Source of the DNA: an uncultured Gemmatimonadales bacterium
GTDB lineage: Bacteria > Gemmatimonadota > Gemmatimonadetes > Gemmatimonadales > Gemmatimonadaceae
Direction of reading: 5' to 3'
DNA length: 64,000 bases
NCBI GenBank assembly: GCA_963793305.1
Contig: CAWBZV010000005.1
Span: 384,001 to 448,000 of the forward strand
This document shows positions 38,945 through 48,841 of this stretch, in pieces. Below the pieces are notes generated by a model. It did not search any database, was not told the origin of the DNA, and saw nothing but the letters and a program-made list of their open reading frames with translations. The position numbers and the translations under genes are program-made. How positions within the stretch are numbered: the first letter of the stretch is position 1; the number at the start of each line of letters is the position of its first letter.

Positions 38945-40428
38945 AGCTCGACCGGCCGCGGCGTGCCCGCGGCGTCGGTCTCGTTGTCGTGCTGCTGCTC
39001 GGGTGGTCTTTTGTTCGGGCGGTCGGCGGGCATAGCGCCATCGCGAACCCCGCGGGCTGGCCAATGGTTCGCGCGTTCGCGACCGCGGCGTTGCACCCGG
39101 ATCTCTCGCCATCGCTCGTCCGACTCGCGTTCGTCTCGAGCGGCATAACGCTCGCATTCGCCACCGTCGGAACGGCCGTCGCCCTCGTCATCGGCACGGT
39201 CGGCGGAGTGCTCTCGTCGAACATCTGGTGGGGCGACCATCGACCCGCCGCGACGATCTGCCGCGGATGCTTCGCCATCCCGCGCGCACTCCACGAAGTC
39301 GTCTGGGGCCTGCTCCTGCTGAGTTGCTTAGGGCTGTCGCCACTCACCGCGATTCTCGCGATCGGCATCCATTACGGCGCGATCACGGCGCGCGTCACCG
39401 GCGAGACGCTCGACGACACGCCCGCGGCCGCGTTCTATGCGCTCCGCCTGGCCGGCGCCCGGCGTCTCACGGCGCTGTGCTATGGATTGCTGCCCGGCGC
39501 GGCCCCGGATCTCATCGCATACGGCTTCTACCGATTCGAGTGCGCGATCCGCGCCAGCGTCGTCCTGGGGATGATCGGCGCCGGCGGCTTGGGATTCCAG
39601 GTGCTCCTCAGCATGCAGTCCTTGCGCTACGGCGAAGTCTGGACGTTCGTCTACGCGCTAATGGTGCTCTGCGGTCTTACCGACGTCTGGAGCGCGGCGG
39701 TACGGCGAAGGCGCTTTCGGTCTCCTCGGGGCTCGCTCGCCCTGGCGGCGCTGCTCCTCGCGTGGTCGCTCTGGTCTCTCCCACTCGACCTGTCGCGACT
39801 GGTCAGCTCCCACACCTATCATCTGCTGGGGGACGTTCTCTCACGCGCCTTCCCTCCGCGTCCCGCGTCGAATCTGCTTTCGCTCTCCGCCGACACCCTG
39901 GCGATGTCGATCCTGGCGATCGCCATGGCCTTCGCGGCTGCGCTCCTCGTCGCTCTCCGACGGGGTATCGTGAGCCGGTTCGTGTTGCTCCTCAGTCGTG
40001 CCGCGTCCGCGCCCGTCTGGACGCTGATCGCGTTGTTCGTACTGTTCCCCGGCACACTGCCCGGCGCCGTGGGCTTGGCGGTGTTCAACTTCGGTGTGCT
40101 CGGCCGTCTCTTGGGGGATGCGATCGAGGACTTGCCTCGTTCTCCGATCGCGGCGCTCGAAGCAATGGGCGCCCGACCCTGGAGCGTCGCCCTCTACGCG
40201 GTGCTCCCCGCGCTCAGGCCGCGGGCCATTACGCTGGCCGCCTATCGGTGGGAGGAGTGCGTGCGCGGCACTGTCCTAGTCGGCCTCGTCGGTGCGGGAG
40301 GTCTGGGCACGCTGCTCACACAGCAACTCGCCGCGTTCGACTATCGCGGTGTCGCCGCCACGCTCGGCGCGTTCATCGTTCTGACGCTCGTCGCCGAGTG
40401 GTTGGTCCGGGCCATCTCGAGGTCGTGA
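38941..40428 (+). CDS. PhnE-like ABC permease (two fused modules)
   Basis: Two halves with YRFECAIR / YRWEECVR and GAGGLG motifs. Confidence 0.88.
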   Translation: MKLDRPRRARGVGLVVVLLLGWSFVRAVGGHSAIANPAGWPMVRAFATAALHPDLSPSLVRLAFVSSGITLAFATVGTAVALVIGTVGGVLSSNIWWGDHRPAATICRGCFAIPRALHEVVWGLLLLSCLGLSPLTAILAIGIHYGAITARVTGETLDDTPAAAFYALRLAGARRLTALCYGLLPGAAPDLIAYGFYRFECAIRASVVLGMIGAGGLGFQVLLSMQSLRYGEVWTFVYALMVLCGLTDVWSAAVRRRRFRSPRGSLALAALLLAWSLWSLPLDLSRLVSSHTYHLLGDVLSRAFPPRPASNLLSLSADTLAMSILAIAMAFAAALLVALRRGIVSRFVLLLSRAASAPVWTLIALFVLFPGTLPGAVGLAVFNFGVLGRLLGDAIEDLPRSPIAALEAMGARPWSVALYAVLPALRPRAITLAAYRWEECVRGTVLVGLVGAGGLGTLLTQQLAAFDYRGVAATLGAFIVLTLVAEWLVRAISRS

Positions 40429-40467
40429 TGATCGTCTACGCGAACGACGATTCCAATGGGCGGCGCC

Positions 40468-40860
40468 CTACCAGCGCGCCAGCTGGGTGATTTGCACGAG
40501 GTTGCCGCAGGTGTCCTTCAGCTGGGAGATGGTCGCCCCGGTCACCGAAGTGGGCGGCATGGTGAACTCGGCGCCGCGTCCCTTGATGCGCTCGTAGTCA
40601 CCTTTGACGTCGTCGCTATAGAACATGACCGCGGGCTGATTCTGCTGAAACATCGCTTGCTGGTAGGTCGCGGCCGCGGGATTGCTGTTCAACTCCAGAT
40701 GCAACTGGGTGCCGTCCGGTTCCTCCGTCGAGCCGACCGTGAGCCAGCGATACGGACCCTGCGAAAAGTCCGCTTTCTTCACGAGCCCCAACACGTTCGT
40801 GTAGAACGTGAGCGCCTTGTCCAGGTTATCAACGTAGATATTCGTGAGCTTGATCTTCAT
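40468..40860 (-). CDS. VOC/glyoxalase family protein
   Basis: IYVDNLDKALTFYT..LG; RWLTV; DTCGNLVQ. Confidence 0.9.
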   Translation of the reverse strand: MKIKLTNIYVDNLDKALTFYTNVLGLVKKADFSQGPYRWLTVGSTEEPDGTQLHLELNSNPAAATYQQAMFQQNQPAVMFYSDDVKGDYERIKGRGAEFTMPPTSVTGATISQLKDTCGNLVQITQLARW

Positions 40861-40877
40861 ATGACTCTCCTCGTGTC

Positions 40878-41300
40878 TTACTGCAGTTCCGCGGCCACTC
40901 GTTCCAGGCCGCCAATGAATTTGTTCCAACCGTACTTCGCGCCGTTGTAGGCCGCGGTCTGCTCCGCGCCGAATCCCGAGTGCTCCATGCGCACGAGCGT
41001 GCCGGCCTCCGTCGGCGTCAACGTCCATGCGACGACGCTCACCAGTCCCAACGAGCCCCAGGTGTAGGACAACCGCTTATTGGGTTCGTCGACCACCAGC
41101 ACTTTGGAGTCGATGATGCCATCCCAACCGGGCACCGGCGTCGAGCGGAACTGGAACGTGTGGCCCACGGTCGGCTGAAAGTCGTTGTCCATCAGCCACT
41201 CCTTGATCAGCGCGCCGTGCGTGAGCGCGCGCCAGATCTTCTCGGGCGGATGCGGCATCTCGCGTTCAATGACAACCGAGCGCGTCGTGGCGGTGCTCAC
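40878..41300 (-). CDS. SRPBCC domain protein
   Basis: HPPEKIWRALT, WLM.NDF, MEHSGF, GW. Confidence 0.9.
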   Translation of the reverse strand: MSTATTRSVVIEREMPHPPEKIWRALTHGALIKEWLMDNDFQPTVGHTFQFRSTPVPGWDGIIDSKVLVVDEPNKRLSYTWGSLGLVSVVAWTLTPTEAGTLVRMEHSGFGAEQTAAYNGAKYGWNKFIGGLERVAAELQ

Positions 41301-41620
41301 GTGTCCATCCGGTTCAAGAGATCCTCGAGCCGATCGAACTTGTCGGGCCAGAAGTCGCTGTAGAAACTCAACCAGTCGATCAGCGGCGCGAGTCCGCGCC
41401 GTCGAGCGCTGTAATGCGTCTCCCGGCCCGTCCGACGCCCGCGAACCAGCCCCGCGTGTTTGAGCGCGCCCAGGTGCTTGGATACCGCCGGCTGAGATAC
41501 GCCGGAGCTATCGGTCAGCACCCGCACCGTCAGTTCGCCCTCTCGACTCAGGCGCTCGAACAACGCCCGACGGGTCGGATCAGCGAGAGCGGTGAAGAGT
41601 TTCCCGGACGCGGCCAGCAT
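41297..41620 (-). CDS. ArsR/SmtB family transcriptional regulator
   Basis: FTALADPTRR; VSQPAVSKHL..LK.AGLV. Confidence 0.92.
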   Translation of the reverse strand: MLAASGKLFTALADPTRRALFERLSREGELTVRVLTDSSGVSQPAVSKHLGALKHAGLVRGRRTGRETHYSARRRGLAPLIDWLSFYSDFWPDKFDRLEDLLNRMDT

Positions 41621-41625
41621 GGAGT

Positions 41626-41655
41626 ATTCATAACCCACGAGTTATGAATTGTCAA
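41626..41655 (-). promoter_or_regulatory. perfect 9-6-9 inverted repeat (ArsR operator) next to a TTGACA
   Basis: ATTCATAAC ccacga GTTATGAAT at 41626-41649; TTGACA on the minus strand at 41655-41650. Confidence 0.75.
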
Positions 41656-41706
41656 GCGACGCCCATCCCGTTGCTCGGCCGATCCACGTGGCCTCATTTT
41701 ACCGGC

Positions 41707-42225
41707 GTGGACGCATCCGGTTATCTCTACACCATCGCGACCGTCGGCATGACCTTCGCGGGCCTGTCTGTCCTGACCATGATCCTTCGGCAACTGCTGG
41801 GGGGTCGAATGACCAAGTGGGACAGCTTCGTGGCGCGCACGTGGCTCGAGCTGGGATTCATGACATCGTTCGGCTCGATCCTGCCGCCGCTGTTGATATT
41901 GTGTGGGGCGCCGACGCCGACCGCATGGCGCATTTCCAGCGGCGTCGTGGCCGTCATTCTCGGGAGCTGGGCGCTGTCATTTCCGCTCCGTCGGCTCCGT
42001 GTCAACGCGACGCGTTTGCCAATACCGGTGGTGATATTCTCGCTGGCGATGGATATCACGGCGCTCGCTCTGGCGGCAAATACGATCGTTGTTCGTGGCG
42101 AGCTACTGGCAGGCGTGTATTCCGCCGCGGTGACGGCGATACTCGTCGGTGCCGCGATGTTGTTCCTGTTCGCCTACGTGCATTGGTACGACGCGATCAT
42201 CACGCACGAGCAGCCGACATCGTGA
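41707..42225 (+). CDS. hypothetical membrane protein
   Basis: About 5 hydrophobic helices; YLYTIATVGMTFAG start region. Confidence 0.65.
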   Translation: MDASGYLYTIATVGMTFAGLSVLTMILRQLLGGRMTKWDSFVARTWLELGFMTSFGSILPPLLILCGAPTPTAWRISSGVVAVILGSWALSFPLRRLRVNATRLPIPVVIFSLAMDITALALAANTIVVRGELLAGVYSAAVTAILVGAAMLFLFAYVHWYDAIITHEQPTS

Positions 42226-42282
42226 GTCAGGGGTGTACGACCGGCTTTCGCGTCGGTCGTACACCCCCGTGAGACACGCCGC

Positions 42283-44745
42283 CTACCGTCTCGCCGAGCC
42301 CACCCGTCGACCGGCGCGGTTGTACAATGGGAGAAATTCAGAGTGCGGGTAGAACGCGAGCGTCCACGGCTGGTTGGCCGCCGACCCGTTCGCCGTACCG
42401 ATGGCGATGTTCGGTGTCAGTGACCCACCGGTCGCCAACTGACTCGTCGTGAATTCGTCAACGCCGTTGGCGACCGCATCGACGACCCACAGGTTCCTGT
42501 TGGTGTCGAACCCGAGCCCTTCGAACTGCGCGCCGCTCGCGGTGATGGTGACCGCCGGCGTGACCGTCGCGGTTGTGCCGAGCTGAGATGACGAGAACTC
42601 GATGACGCGACTGCTCCCGCTCGTCACCCAGAGGTTCCCGCTGTCATCGAATGCCAGATACTGCCCCACCATATTGTCCGTCGTATTCAGCCGCACGACC
42701 GGCTCGACGTTGGCCGTTCCCGATGCCGCGAGCGAGGCGGCCGTGTACATGTACTCCTGGCTGTTGTCGGTGTCGACGACCCAAAGGTTCCCGTTGAAAT
42801 CGAACGCCAGTGCCGACGGACCGCTCAAGGTCGCGTCGAACCGGCAACTGTTCAGCACCAAGGCTGGCGTCACGGTCGCCGCCCCGCTCAGCCCGGACAG
42901 TTGCGCGGCGCTGTACTCGTCGATCTGACACGGGCCGTAATTCGCCAGCCACATGTTGCCGTTGGCATCGAAGGCGAGGCCCTTGACGTAGCTGAGGCCA
43001 CTGTAGGTGAGCGACCCGATCGGTGTCGCGCCCGGAGTGCCGAGCGACGCAGCCGCATACTCTTTGAGCGTGTTCGTTTGCACGTCGACGCTCCACAGAT
43101 TGCCGCTGCGATCGAACGCGATGTTGATCGGATTGCCCCCGGGTAACGTCCCCGTAATCACATTGGCCGGCGTCTGGGCGCCGCTCGACACCAGCTGCGT
43201 TGGAGTGAATTGCGCATACTCATCGGCGCCGGTGGCGTCGGCCACCCACATCCCGGTCGGCTCCGGCACGTAGGTGACGGTGACGGACGCGGTCGCGTTG
43301 CTGGCGACCGTGGCGGGTGAGCCAGTCACGAGGGCCGTGTCCCGATACATACTCTCGCAGACTCCGCCCACGATGATGCTGGCGGTCACGCTGTAGCTGC
43401 CCGGCACGAGCCCGGTCAGTGTCTGTGTCGCACTGAGGCTTCGCGTGTACCCGCTCGGGCCCGTCACGGAGACGCTGGGGGTCGAGCCGCCTGGCGCGTT
43501 GACCGTGATCGTCAAGTTGCCCGTGAGTGGGGTGCACGTGACCGTCACGTTTGCGGTCACCGTCTTGCCAGACGTGAGCCCGGAATACGCGACCGGGCTT
43601 GGCGCCGTGCAGTTGGTCGGCAGTGACGACACGGCCACACTTCCGCTCCCGGCGCCGATCGGCACGGTCGCCGCGTACACGCCCGTGCCGGATGTCGTGA
43701 CCGCGGGAGCCGCCGAACCACCGGACGGTGTGACCGTCACGTTCGCGTTCGCGATCCCACCACCCAGACTGCTCGTGACCGTGCCACCGACCGTTCCCGT
43801 GAGTGGTGTGCACGTCACCGTGACGTCGACGGTCAGTGCGGCACTCGACGTGAGACCGGAGTATGCTTTCGGGCCCGGCGCGGTGCAGTTCGTCGGCAAG
43901 GAGGAGACCGCGACGGTGCCGGTCCCAGCGCCAACCGGCACGCCGGTGGCCGAGTAGCCACCGGACGACGACAATGTCACGGCCGCGATTGCCGTGCCGC
44001 CAGTCGGAGTCACCGTGACCGACGCACCCGCGATCCCACCACCCAGGCTGCTCGTGATCGTGCCGCTGATGGTGCTCGTGAGCGGGGTGCACGTCACCGT
44101 GATGTTGACCGTCACGCCGCCCCTGAATGTCAGGCCGGAATACAACGTCGGACTCGGCGTCGTACAGTTCGGCGGGAGCGACGACACGGCCACCGCGCCC
44201 GTGCCATCGCCGACCGATACACTGGAGACCGTGTAGGCGCCAGCGGACGACGACTGCACGGCCGCCAAGGCCGTGCCGCCGGTCGGAGTCACCGTAACCA
44301 ATGCACCCGGGATCCCGCCGCCCAAGCTGCTCGTAATCGAGCCGGTGATCGAGCCCGTCAAGGGAACACATGGGACCACGATCGGAACGATCACCGAATC
44401 ATCGGCGAAGAGCCCGGTATAGCCCACGGTCGGCGGCGCCGTGCAGTTCACCGGCACGCCGGACACCGCAATCGAGCCTGAGCCCGTGACGGCCGGGACG
44501 TCGATAACGCGGAACGTGCCGGTGCTGCCGCTCGTGACCTGCGCCATCGCTTTACCGCCGGTCGGTGTCACGACCAGCGAGACTCCGCTGAGCGAGCCGC
44601 CAAGGGAGCTCGTGACCGAGCCGACGATGACGCCGCTCGGCGCGAGGCCCGCGGACGTGTCATGGCAGGCGACGGCGAATGCGCCGAGCGCGAGCACGAG
44701 GCCGAACATGAGAAAAGACCAACGGGAAGCGCGGACCACGGCCAT
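42283..44745 (-). CDS. lipoprotein with 4 carboxypeptidase-regulatory-like repeats and an NHL/Vgb-like beta-propeller (paralog of 4043-5941)
   Basis: Lipobox AVAC; four 93-aa repeats (TSSLGG...NCT.P....Y.GL......V.C); AFDxxGNLW blades; shared WLANYGPC.IDE.S motif. Confidence 0.82.
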   Translation of the reverse strand: MAVVRASRWSFLMFGLVLALGAFAVACHDTSAGLAPSGVIVGSVTSSLGGSLSGVSLVVTPTGGKAMAQVTSGSTGTFRVIDVPAVTGSGSIAVSGVPVNCTAPPTVGYTGLFADDSVIVPIVVPCVPLTGSITGSITSSLGGGIPGALVTVTPTGGTALAAVQSSSAGAYTVSSVSVGDGTGAVAVSSLPPNCTTPSPTLYSGLTFRGGVTVNITVTCTPLTSTISGTITSSLGGGIAGASVTVTPTGGTAIAAVTLSSSGGYSATGVPVGAGTGTVAVSSLPTNCTAPGPKAYSGLTSSAALTVDVTVTCTPLTGTVGGTVTSSLGGGIANANVTVTPSGGSAAPAVTTSGTGVYAATVPIGAGSGSVAVSSLPTNCTAPSPVAYSGLTSGKTVTANVTVTCTPLTGNLTITVNAPGGSTPSVSVTGPSGYTRSLSATQTLTGLVPGSYSVTASIIVGGVCESMYRDTALVTGSPATVASNATASVTVTYVPEPTGMWVADATGADEYAQFTPTQLVSSGAQTPANVITGTLPGGNPINIAFDRSGNLWSVDVQTNTLKEYAAASLGTPGATPIGSLTYSGLSYVKGLAFDANGNMWLANYGPCQIDEYSAAQLSGLSGAATVTPALVLNSCRFDATLSGPSALAFDFNGNLWVVDTDNSQEYMYTAASLAASGTANVEPVVRLNTTDNMVGQYLAFDDSGNLWVTSGSSRVIEFSSSQLGTTATVTPAVTITASGAQFEGLGFDTNRNLWVVDAVANGVDEFTTSQLATGGSLTPNIAIGTANGSAANQPWTLAFYPHSEFLPLYNRAGRRVGSARR
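43520..44635 (-). repeat. four intragenic 279-bp degenerate tandem repeats
   Basis: TSSLG codons recur at about 44599, 44320, 44041 and 43762 (279-nt period). Confidence 0.85.
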
Positions 44746-44941
44746 CGCGACCTCGACGCAAAAAATGCGCAGTGGAGGAAATCGACATGCGCGACCGCGG
44801 CACGCGGCGACGCACACTGCGGCAGGGACGAGGGGCGCGACGTTTGGTTACTGATTAGCGCGCGCTAAGAGAATGCTCAGTACTGATTGATTGGACGCTG
44901 CGTTTGCGTCACGCCATCGGCACGAACGGACTCCGCGCAAG

Positions 44942-45808
44942 TCAGAGAGTGAACTGGCCCGTCGCGACGGATGCGACGTTCCCGCCGACGTCGATGGTGT
45001 CGCCGTCGATGGCGACGTGCAGGAAGCTGCGCCGTCCCATCTTGGTGCCTTGCTCGCTGGTCATGCGGGACGCGGTCAGGAGGCCGTGCCGCGTCATGAA
45101 CGAGGCGAGCGGGCCGGTCGCGCTCCCCGTCCCGGCATCTTCGGACATACCGAAGTCGGGCGCGAACATTCGCGAGTACGCACCCGTCAACGTCGGCGCG
45201 AAGGGAAAGATGCCGAACCCATCGACCATGTCGCCGCCCTTGAGCGTGGCGAGACGCTCCGGGTGCGCGCGATCCACGACGCCGGGGTCCTTGAGGGGGA
45301 TGAACAGCATCTGCAGGCCGGCACTGACGAACTGCGGCGCGATGTCGAGGAGGTCGTCGACGCCAAGACCCAGCGCGGCGGCACAGGTGGCGCGGTCGCG
45401 GGTCGGGCCATACGTAATCGGTGGCGTCCGCAACCAGATCAGCGGCCGATCGCCGGGGTCGACCCGGATCGGCACCGGGCCAACCTTTTCTTCCAGCGCG
45501 AAATTGGACGTGTTCCCCGGGACGAGGCCTTCGTCCAGCAGCACGAAGCTGGTTCCAATGGTTGGGTGGCCGGCGAACGGCAACTCCTTGGTCGGTGTGA
45601 AAATCCTGACCTGCGCCACGCAGTCGGGGCGCGTGGCCGGAAAGCAGAAGGTCGTCTCCGAGAGGTTGAGCTCCCGGGCAATGAGTTGCATCGCGCGGTC
45701 GTCGAGGCCGTGCGCGTCGGTGAACACGGCCAGCGGATTCCCCTCGAACGGCTCCGTCGTGAACACATCGACGAGGCGATACCGGTAGGGCCGGCGCACG
45801 TGGCTCAT
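44942..45808 (-). CDS. PhzF family phenazine biosynthesis-like isomerase
   Basis: VDVFT....GNPLAV, LNLSET, ELPFAGHPT, ED..TGSA, QG..MGR.S. Confidence 0.92.
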   Translation of the reverse strand: MSHVRRPYRYRLVDVFTTEPFEGNPLAVFTDAHGLDDRAMQLIARELNLSETTFCFPATRPDCVAQVRIFTPTKELPFAGHPTIGTSFVLLDEGLVPGNTSNFALEEKVGPVPIRVDPGDRPLIWLRTPPITYGPTRDRATCAAALGLGVDDLLDIAPQFVSAGLQMLFIPLKDPGVVDRAHPERLATLKGGDMVDGFGIFPFAPTLTGAYSRMFAPDFGMSEDAGTGSATGPLASFMTRHGLLTASRMTSEQGTKMGRRSFLHVAIDGDTIDVGGNVASVATGQFTL

Positions 45809-46182
45809 CGCGCGATGACCTCCAGCTCGACCAGGCCGCCCAGCGGCAGCGCGACGACCGCCACGGTCGTCCGAGCCGGATACGGCGCGCTGAACTGACG
45901 GCCGAACACCTCGTTCATCGCGGCGTAGTGCGTCATGTCCGTCAGGTACACGTTCACCTTGATGACGTTCTCCAAGCTCAAGTTCGCCGCCTGCAACGTC
46001 GCCTCGATGTTGCGAAAGATCCGTTCCGTCTGTGTCGCGACATCGCCGGCAATGAGCTTGCCGGTCGCGGGATCTTGAGCGACCTGTCCACTCAGGTACA
46101 GCGTCTCACCGGCGCGAATGGCTGGCGAAAAAGGACCGACCGGCTTGGCGATTTTATCCGTGGTAATGGCGGTTCTGGCCAT
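45805..46182 (-). CDS. RidA family deaminase
   Basis: GPFSPA, LSGQ, MNEV, PARTTV, VELE. Confidence 0.9.
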   Translation of the reverse strand: MARTAITTDKIAKPVGPFSPAIRAGETLYLSGQVAQDPATGKLIAGDVATQTERIFRNIEATLQAANLSLENVIKVNVYLTDMTHYAAMNEVFGRQFSAPYPARTTVAVVALPLGGLVELEVIAR

Positions 46183-46193
46183 AAGGCGCCCGA

Positions 46194-47165
46194 TTACAGG
46201 GTGAATACGATGGAGCCGTGGGTGCGGCGCGCCTCGAGATCGCGGTGCGCCGTTGCCGCATCGGCGAGCGCGTATCGTCCGCCGATGGTCGGCGTGATCG
46301 CGCCCCGCGCCACCATGTCGAAGACCGACGCGGCCGATTGCTCCAGATCGGCGCGGCTCGCGATATAATGCGCGAGGCTCGGCCGCGTGAAGTGCAACGA
46401 GCCCTTCTTCATGAGGGTGAGCGGCTCGATCGGCGGCACGGCGCCCGACGCGTTGCCGAACGTGATGAGGCTGCCCGTCGGTTTGAGACAATCGAGAGAG
46501 GGCATGCACGTATCGCGGCCGACGCCATCGTAGACAACGTCGACGCCGCGACCACCCGTGAGCTCTTTGACGCGGGCGACCCAGTCCGTCGTGCGATAGT
46601 TAATGACGAAGTCCGCGCCGAGGGCCGTGGCCGCCGCGCACTTCTCGTCGGACCCCGCGGTCCCGATGACCGTCGCGCCGAGCGCCTTGAGCCAGCCCAT
46701 CGCGATCGTGCCGGTGCCGCCGGCCGCCGCATGCCACAACACCCATTCTCCGGGTACGACGTGGTAGCAGCGCTCGACCAGGTACTCGACCGTCATGCCC
46801 CGCAGCATGAGACCAGCGGCAATGTCATCGGCGACCGTGTCCGGCAACGGGATGAGGCGATCGGCCGGCGCCAAGCGCGCCTCGGCGTAGCTTCCCGGGA
46901 GAAGCGCATACGCGACCCGCGCGCCTGGCTCGAGACCGGTCACGCCCGGTCCAATCGCTTCGACCACGCCCACGCCCTCGACACCAGGGATGAACGGCAG
47001 CGGCTGCGGGTACAGGCCGCTCCGGTGGTACGTGTCGATGTAATTGATCCCGATCGCCGTATGCGCGAGGCGCACCTGTCCAGGCCCGGGTGCGCCGAGC
47101 GCGATCGTCTCCCAGCGGAGCACTTCCGGGCCGCCTGTAGCGGATATGCGAATAGCACCCGTCAT
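46194..47165 (-). CDS. qor: NADPH:quinone oxidoreductase (zeta-crystallin family)
   Basis: GGPEVL, IGINYID...RSGLY, HAAAGG.G, VYDGVG, GNASG. Confidence 0.88.
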   Translation of the reverse strand: MTGAIRISATGGPEVLRWETIALGAPGPGQVRLAHTAIGINYIDTYHRSGLYPQPLPFIPGVEGVGVVEAIGPGVTGLEPGARVAYALLPGSYAEARLAPADRLIPLPDTVADDIAAGLMLRGMTVEYLVERCYHVVPGEWVLWHAAAGGTGTIAMGWLKALGATVIGTAGSDEKCAAATALGADFVINYRTTDWVARVKELTGGRGVDVVYDGVGRDTCMPSLDCLKPTGSLITFGNASGAVPPIEPLTLMKKGSLHFTRPSLAHYIASRADLEQSAASVFDMVARGAITPTIGGRYALADAATAHRDLEARRTHGSIVFTL

Positions 47166-47231
47166 GCGCACAATCTGCGTCTCGTGGAGAGTTGCGTCAA
47201 ATGCAATGTTTTCACTATTATGTTGCTCGAT

Positions 47232-48122
47232 ATGCTGGATGAGATTCGATCGTTCATCGTGCTCGCCGAGTCCGGCTCGTTGCGGCGCGCGTCCGAGCGG
47301 CTGTTCCTGACGCCGTCGGCGCTCACGCGGCAGATTCAGCGCCTGGAGCACGCGCTCGGGACTTCGCTCCTCGATCGCCGCGTCAAGCCGGCGCGGATCA
47401 CCCGTGCGGGTCGGGCGGTGCTCGATCGCGGACGGCACGTGTTGCGGGTCATGGATGATCTCAAGGCCACGGCGTCGCCGAACGCCGAGCCGACCGGCAC
47501 GTTCCGATTGGGGATCGCCCACGCGCTCGCGCAGGCCAGTCTCGTCGGCGCGATTCAGAGATTGACGAATCGGTTCAGCCAACTGCGGCCGGTGATCACG
47601 ACGGATCTCACGCGGACGCTCCTCGAGCAGGTGCGGACGGGCGCCCTCGACGCGGCGCTGACGCTCATGCCCGCCAGCGGGGGCGCGCCGAGCGACGTGG
47701 ACGCCGCCGTCGTGGCCACGGAACGGCTCGTGCTGATCCGCTCGCGCGACCGCGAACGCCGGTTGCCCGGGCCCGACCTCGACGCGCCGTGGGTGGTCAA
47801 TCCACTGGGGTGCCTCATTCGGCAGGCACTCGAAGTGAAGCTGCGCGAAATGGGATTACCGTTCCGCGTCGCCGCCGAGATCCACAACGTCGAGATGCAG
47901 CTGTCGCTGGTCGCCGGTGGATTGGGGCTCGGGGTCGTGCCGGCCCGCCTCCTCGCCACGCATCCGCGGCGCCGGCATCTGGAGCAGCTCACGCGGACCG
48001 GCGTGACGCTGTCGGCCGCGATCGTCTTCGTGCGCGCCGGTCACCTCGGACAGCTCGACATCGCAGCCGAGTTCTTCCAGGACGCGCTCACGGAACACTT
48101 CGCGCCTAAGGGGACGAAATGA
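47232..48122 (+). CDS. LysR family transcriptional regulator
   Basis: GSLRRASERLFLTPSALTRQIQRLE..LG..L.DR; divergent from qor. Confidence 0.9.
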   Translation: MLDEIRSFIVLAESGSLRRASERLFLTPSALTRQIQRLEHALGTSLLDRRVKPARITRAGRAVLDRGRHVLRVMDDLKATASPNAEPTGTFRLGIAHALAQASLVGAIQRLTNRFSQLRPVITTDLTRTLLEQVRTGALDAALTLMPASGGAPSDVDAAVVATERLVLIRSRDRERRLPGPDLDAPWVVNPLGCLIRQALEVKLREMGLPFRVAAEIHNVEMQLSLVAGGLGLGVVPARLLATHPRRRHLEQLTRTGVTLSAAIVFVRAGHLGQLDIAAEFFQDALTEHFAPKGTK

Positions 48123-48733
48123 GGAAGATTATTGCGACCGCGTTTGTTTCGCTCGACGGTGTCATGCAAGGTCCTGGCGGCCCAGCAGAAGATCCGAGCG
48201 GCGGGTTCGGTCTCGGGGGATGGTCCGCGCAATACTCTGATGAAAAATCCGGCGCCGCTGTCATGCGGATGGTGGGCACCATCGCCAAGCCAAATGACGT
48301 TCTGCTCGGGCGCAAGACGTACGACATCTGGACCGGCCATTGGCCGCATGTTCCTGCGAACGATCCCATTGGACCGGTGTTCACCAAGGCCAACAAGTAT
48401 GTGATGACCGGCGGCACGAGCGCATTGGCGTGGGCCAACAGCCACCAGCTGCACAACATTGACGAATTGAAGAACGTCAAAACTGGCAACGGGGCTGACA
48501 TTGTTCTGTGGGGCAGTTCGACGCTCTATCCGCAGCTGTTGGAGGCCAATCTCATCGACCGCCTGCTGCTGCTGACATTTCCCGTGATGCTCGGAAAGGG
48601 GAAAAAGCTCTTCGGCAACACCACGCATCCCGTCGCCATGAAGCTTTTGGCGAGTGAGGTAAACTCGACCGGCGTCATCATCGCCACGTACGAGTCGCCC
48701 AGAGCCCCGACGTTCTGGAACGCGTCCACGTAA
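48119..48733 (+). CDS. dihydrofolate reductase / RibD C-terminal family protein
   Basis: FVSLDGVMQGPG, LLGRKTY, GSSTL, PV.LGKGKKLF. Confidence 0.9.
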   Translation: MRKIIATAFVSLDGVMQGPGGPAEDPSGGFGLGGWSAQYSDEKSGAAVMRMVGTIAKPNDVLLGRKTYDIWTGHWPHVPANDPIGPVFTKANKYVMTGGTSALAWANSHQLHNIDELKNVKTGNGADIVLWGSSTLYPQLLEANLIDRLLLLTFPVMLGKGKKLFGNTTHPVAMKLLASEVNSTGVIIATYESPRAPTFWNAST

Positions 48734-48841
48734 ACCTGGTCACTCCGACGTCCACATCACGAAGGTGCGGACGCGGCATGCTGGGCTGATCGTCTCGAGC
48801 CATCCGCCAGTCGCGCGATAGGTGAGCAGCCAATGGAGGAA

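Noticed and set aside
44942..45808. Phenazine biosynthesis cluster
   Set aside because: Lone PhzF-family gene with no phzA/B/D/E/G.
46218..47231. Long ORF extensions and antisense ORFs (e.g. 46218-48122, 22008-23987, 51857-53815, 36397-37881)
   Set aside because: Shadow frames typical of high-GC DNA, overlapping well-supported genes on the other strand.
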